Shown piece by piece: positions 56,938 through 60,492 of a stretch of 60,492 bases of DNA (positions are counted from its first letter, which is position 1; each line of letters starts with the position of its first letter). The notes beneath the pieces are model-generated. The model was not told the DNA's origin, ran no database searches, and worked only from the letters and a program-made list of their open reading frames with translations. Source of the stretch: an uncultured Draconibacterium sp. (GTDB lineage Bacteria > Bacteroidota > Bacteroidia > Bacteroidales > FEN-979). The position numbers were made by a program, and so were the translations under genes. The DNA lies in assembly GCA_964387205.1 (NCBI GenBank), contig CAYLVY010000005.1, positions 1 through 60,492 of the forward strand. Direction: 5' to 3'.

Positions 56938-57687
56938 ATGAAAATCATCGGCATCATACCTGCCCGGTATGACTCAACCAGGTTCCCGGGTAAACCATTG
57001 ATCATGATCAACGGCAAGACCATGATCCGGCGGGTTTATGAGCAGGCACGGCAATGTCAGGGATTGCGCCGCGTAATCGTGGCCACCGATCACCAGGCAA
57101 TTTTTAACCATGTACGGTCATTCCAAGGTGAGGTGATGATGACTTCCACGAATCATCGCAGCGGAACAGAACGCTGCCGGGAAGTTGCCGACGCCCTGGT
57201 CTCCGAAGGTTGTTCATTCGATGCCGTTGTCAATATCCAGGGTGATGAACCTTTCATTTCACCCCTGCAGATCACCCAACTGACAGAACTGATGCAAACC
57301 CGCAACCCTGAAGTGGCAACGCTTGTGAAGCGGATAGACAAACCGGAGATGCTCACCGACCCCAACGTCGTCAAAGTAGTTATCGATTTCGAGGAGAAAG
57401 CATTGTATTTCAGTCGCTCAGCTATTCCTTATGCCCGGAACATGGCGGTTCATGAGTGGCTGAACGGCGTTCCATATTATAAACATATCGGAATCTATGG
57501 ATACCGCGGCGATGTACTTCGCCGGATCACGGAACTGCCGGTGGCACCACCTGAAGCAGCCGAGTCGCTGGAACAACTCCGGTGGCTCTACAATGGATTT
57601 AGTATCTTTACCGGGCAGACAGACATTGATAACATTGCCATCGACATTCCGGAAGATCTGCTCAAAATTCCAAAGGAGATGCCGTGA
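56938..57687 (+). CDS. kdsB: 3-deoxy-manno-octulosonate cytidylyltransferase
   Basis: 249 aa with IIPARYDSTRFPGKPL, VATD, VNIQGDEPF and the EQLR motif. Confidence 0.92.
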   Translation: MKIIGIIPARYDSTRFPGKPLIMINGKTMIRRVYEQARQCQGLRRVIVATDHQAIFNHVRSFQGEVMMTSTNHRSGTERCREVADALVSEGCSFDAVVNIQGDEPFISPLQITQLTELMQTRNPEVATLVKRIDKPEMLTDPNVVKVVIDFEEKALYFSRSAIPYARNMAVHEWLNGVPYYKHIGIYGYRGDVLRRITELPVAPPEAAESLEQLRWLYNGFSIFTGQTDIDNIAIDIPEDLLKIPKEMP

Positions 57688-57731
57688 GTTGCGAACTTTT
57701 TTCTATCTTAGCGGGTTCAAAAGGTTGAGGT

Positions 57732-58751
57732 ATGGAGATCAGGAATTCTTTAGCAGGGCTTCTGGAAGATCATGATTGTGTGATAATTCCCGGATTCGGA
57801 GGTTTCATCGGCAATTATCAGCCAGCCCGGATCGATCCGGTCCATCATACTTTTCATCCCCCTTCCAAGCAACTTTTGTTTAATGTTAACCTGCGCCATA
57901 ATGACGGGTTGCTGGCCAGCCATCTTTCTGTGCAGCACGGAATATCCTATGCAGAGGCCATGTCTTTTATCAGTGAACAGGCAACCGAGGCCATAAGGAT
58001 CCTGCAGGCCGGCGAGTCACTCTGGTTCCCGGGAGTCGGCCGGCTATACTCCGGCCATGAAGGTAATATTCAGTTTGAACAACAAAGGAATACCAATTTA
58101 CTGACCGATTCATTCGGCTTGACAACCTTTATTGCACCCCCGGTTGACCGAAAGAAGATGGTAATCCCCGATCCACGGAAATTTAACAGGAAACCCTCCG
58201 CGGTTAGCCGTCGCATTATCCCGACCTGGGTGCGCCGGGCTGCGGTTTGGTCGCTTCCGCTGGGTGTTGCTCTCCTTTTTACCATGGCCCATTTTGACCG
58301 GCTTCCGTCGAAATATGCCAGCAATGCCGGAGTCCTTGGCAATGTCCTGGCCAGATTTTCTGCTTCATCCCTGGTGGAGAAAAAAGAGTCTGCTTCAGTT
58401 CACCTGCACGTCGTGGCTGATACGCCGGTACTACTTCGTCAGGCTGAGAATTTCGATGCCGCGATAAAAACTGAAACCCCTTATGCTGCCGAAGAGACCA
58501 TTCCGGAAGCGGAACCTGATCTTACCGGCCGGTTTGCCGTCATCGTTGGTGCCTTCAGGTTTCAGGAGAATGCCGGCAAACTGGCTGAAGAACTGCAGCA
58601 GGAAGGTCATCGGGCCGGTATATATGATCAATCGAAAGGCGGTTTGTACCGGGTCGCAATCGCTGTCAGCAACAACCGGCAGGAGGCACTTCGGGAACTG
58701 GATTTAGCCCGGTCGGATGATTTTCCGGGAGCCTGGTTGCTCATCAAATAA
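57732..58751 (+). CDS. HU-like N-terminal domain + SPOR domain protein
   Basis: 339 aa. The N-terminal HU-like arm is VIIPGFGGFIGNY... with a second half ending WFPGVGRL. A TM segment (AAVWSLPLGVALLF) follows. The C-terminal SPOR domain is FAVIVGAFRFQENAGKLAEELQQEG...YRVAIAV. Confidence 0.7.
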   Translation: MEIRNSLAGLLEDHDCVIIPGFGGFIGNYQPARIDPVHHTFHPPSKQLLFNVNLRHNDGLLASHLSVQHGISYAEAMSFISEQATEAIRILQAGESLWFPGVGRLYSGHEGNIQFEQQRNTNLLTDSFGLTTFIAPPVDRKKMVIPDPRKFNRKPSAVSRRIIPTWVRRAAVWSLPLGVALLFTMAHFDRLPSKYASNAGVLGNVLARFSASSLVEKKESASVHLHVVADTPVLLRQAENFDAAIKTETPYAAEETIPEAEPDLTGRFAVIVGAFRFQENAGKLAEELQQEGHRAGIYDQSKGGLYRVAIAVSNNRQEALRELDLARSDDFPGAWLLIK

Positions 58752-58759
58752 ATCTGCCG

Positions 58760-59425
58760 GTGGGTAAAAAGAAGCTGATCCATTTTCAGGAGAATCTTAA
58801 TTTTCCATTTCTTTTTCAACCAACCTATCTCCAACTGGATCATGGGTTTACATTGAAATCCCGTTGGGTTCATGATTTTTTCAGGAACTCAAATCCACTC
58901 ATTGCCGAACTGGGGTGCGGTAAAGGAGAATATACCGTGGGACTTGCGGAACTGCATCCGGAAAATAATTATATCGGCATCGATCTCAAGGGAGCAAGGC
59001 TGTGGAGAGGATGTAAGTGGGTTGAAGAGAAGCACCTTCCGAATGTTGCGTTCCTGCGTACCCGCGTGGATCACATCCTCAAAGTGTTCGGGGAGGGAGA
59101 ATTAAGCGAAATCTGGATCACTTTTCCCGACCCGCAGCCCCGGAAAGAGCGCCTTCGGCTCACCTCTTCCATTTTCATCGACCGCTACAGAAAGGTGCTC
59201 CGTGAAAACGGGATCATTCATCTGAAAACCGATGATGAGCCCTTTTTCCAATATACCATGCAGGTGATCGCGGAGGAAGGCCACCAACTTCTTTGGCATA
59301 CCAGCGATCTCTACGGATCGGAAACAACAGAAGAGGTGGCGCTGATCCGCACTTATTACGAGGTCAGATGGCTCGAACTCGGAAAAAAGATATTTTATTT
59401 ACGTTTTCAACCCGCCCGGATATGA
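58760..59425 (+). CDS. trmB: tRNA (guanine-N7)-methyltransferase
   Basis: 221 aa with a GTG start. MGKKKLIHFQENL... is followed by ELGCGKGEY and FPDPQPRK. Confidence 0.9.
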   Translation: MGKKKLIHFQENLNFPFLFQPTYLQLDHGFTLKSRWVHDFFRNSNPLIAELGCGKGEYTVGLAELHPENNYIGIDLKGARLWRGCKWVEEKHLPNVAFLRTRVDHILKVFGEGELSEIWITFPDPQPRKERLRLTSSIFIDRYRKVLRENGIIHLKTDDEPFFQYTMQVIAEEGHQLLWHTSDLYGSETTEEVALIRTYYEVRWLELGKKIFYLRFQPARI

Positions 59426-60492
59426 AAAGACTAACGATTGTTATGATGATCCTGCTGGCTTCCGGAAAATTACTGGTGGCCGATGAGGGGATGTATATCC
59501 CGATGCTGCTCGAGCAAACCGCTTTCGGTAAGATGAAAGAGATGGGCCTGAGACTTTCTGCTGATGATATATACAGCATCAACCACTCCAGCCTGAAGGA
59601 CGCTATCGTCTTATTCGGTGGGGGTTGTACCGCCGAAATCGTATCACAGAAAGGTTTGATCCTGACCAACCACCATTGCGGATTGGGCGCCATACAGCGG
59701 CTCAGTTCCCTGGAGAACGACTATCTTGCCAATGGGTTTTGGGCCCCAACGATGGCCGATGAACTGCCCTGTCAGGGTACTACGGTCACCCTGCTGGTCA
59801 GAATGGAAGAAGTAACCGATCAGGTGCTGAAGGGGGTTACCGGCGAAATGAACCAGTTGCAACGCAATGTCCTTATCCGGCAAAACATAGAGGCGATCGA
59901 AAAAGAGGCTGTCAGGGAGACCCATTACGAAGCCAGGATACGTCCATTTTATTATGGGAACCAATATTATTTAATTGTAAATGAAGTGTTTAAAGATGTC
60001 CGACTCGTGGGGGCACCTCCCAATAGTATCGGTCAGTTTGGAGGTGATACCGATAACTGGATGTGGCCCCGCCATACGGGTGATTTCTCTGTGTTTCGCA
60101 TATATGCAGGATCAGATAACAAACCGGCTGCTTATTCCAGGGACAACGTGCCGTATATCCCCAGGAAGCACCTGCCGGTCTCGCTGAAAGGCTATGATAA
60201 GGGTGACTTCACCTTTGTATTCGGATATCCGGGTACGACCCGTGAATATCTCACCTCCGCCGGAGTAGATTTTCTTGCCAATCAGGAGAATCCGCTGAGG
60301 ATCGGTTTACGGCAGTTGAGGCTCGATATTATGAAGACGGCCATGGAGGAGAGCCGTCAGGTACGCATTCAGTACACTGCCAAGGCAAACGGGATTGCCA
60401 ATTTCTGGAAGAAGATGATCGGTGAGTCAAGAGGAATCCGGCGTGCCAATGCGATTGACATAAAAAAAGCAGAGGAGGGGCAATTTCTTGCC
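59422..60492 (+). CDS. S46 family dipeptidyl-peptidase (DPP7/DPP11-like), 5' part; continues beyond window
   Basis: Not in the ORF track because it is open at the window end. My translation from the ATG at 59422, which overlaps the trmB stop (ATGA), gives MKRLTIVMMILLASGKLLVADEGMYIP...GGCTAEIVSQKGLILTNHHCG...QFGGDTDNWMWPRHTGDFSVFRIY. This is typical of S46 peptidases, with the catalytic His in TNHHC. Confidence 0.85.
   Translation, partial: MKRLTIVMMILLASGKLLVADEGMYIPMLLEQTAFGKMKEMGLRLSADDIYSINHSSLKDAIVLFGGGCTAEIVSQKGLILTNHHCGLGAIQRLSSLENDYLANGFWAPTMADELPCQGTTVTLLVRMEEVTDQVLKGVTGEMNQLQRNVLIRQNIEAIEKEAVRETHYEARIRPFYYGNQYYLIVNEVFKDVRLVGAPPNSIGQFGGDTDNWMWPRHTGDFSVFRIYAGSDNKPAAYSRDNVPYIPRKHLPVSLKGYDKGDFTFVFGYPGTTREYLTSAGVDFLANQENPLRIGLRQLRLDIMKTAMEESRQVRIQYTAKANGIANFWKKMIGESRGIRRANAIDIKKAEEGQFLA

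Overview
This 60.5-kb window reads as ordinary, densely packed chromosomal DNA of a Bacteroidota bacterium. The evidence is type IX secretion (T9SS)/gliding genes, recurring TAnnTTTG -7 promoter boxes, and about 50 mostly housekeeping protein genes. Gene content, left to right: (1) an RND efflux permease and adaptor with a divergent TetR; (2) an ECF sigma / anti-sigma-like / PKD-T9SS-cargo operon; (3) tnaA-mntP-queD on the minus strand; (4) ptb, an amino-acid permease and buk; (5) elbB; (6) a nucleotide-sugar block with a WbpE/D/B-like trio, galE and rfbB; (7) fabD, a BI-1 protein, folE and a PTPS; (8) a minus-strand porW(sprE)-bactofilin-atpZ-like-4TM operon; (9) an M23 peptidase, dxr and rseP; (10) yitT; (11) the T9SS core operon porP-gldK-gldL-gldM-gldN; (12) recG and pheT; (13) a sensor-less sigma-54 activator, lptE-like gene, conserved unknown and secG; (14) groES-groEL; (15) a DUF4468-like protein, rlmN, adenine deaminase, an ArsR regulator, an Ig-like lipoprotein and yebC; (16) an atypical response regulator, a GH3-family protein, a deoxynucleoside kinase, kdsB, an HU-like/SPOR protein, trmB and a 5'-partial S46 peptidase. 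Two genes are open at the window edges (the RND permease and the S46 peptidase). They are absent from the ORF track, so I translated them by hand. I found no rRNA, tRNA, CRISPR array, transposase/integrase, phage gene or recognisable defence gene. I do not see a clear-cut novel system. There are two best candidates for something undescribed. The first is an ECF sigma factor translationally coupled to a membrane-anchored anti-sigma-like protein whose C-terminal half looks like an outer-membrane beta-barrel, followed by a nonsense-disrupted T9SS cargo gene. The second is the tight porW-bactofilin-atpZ-like-4TM operon, which has no ATP synthase genes. All motif coordinates were counted by hand, and no similarity search, HMM scan or RNA folding was run.
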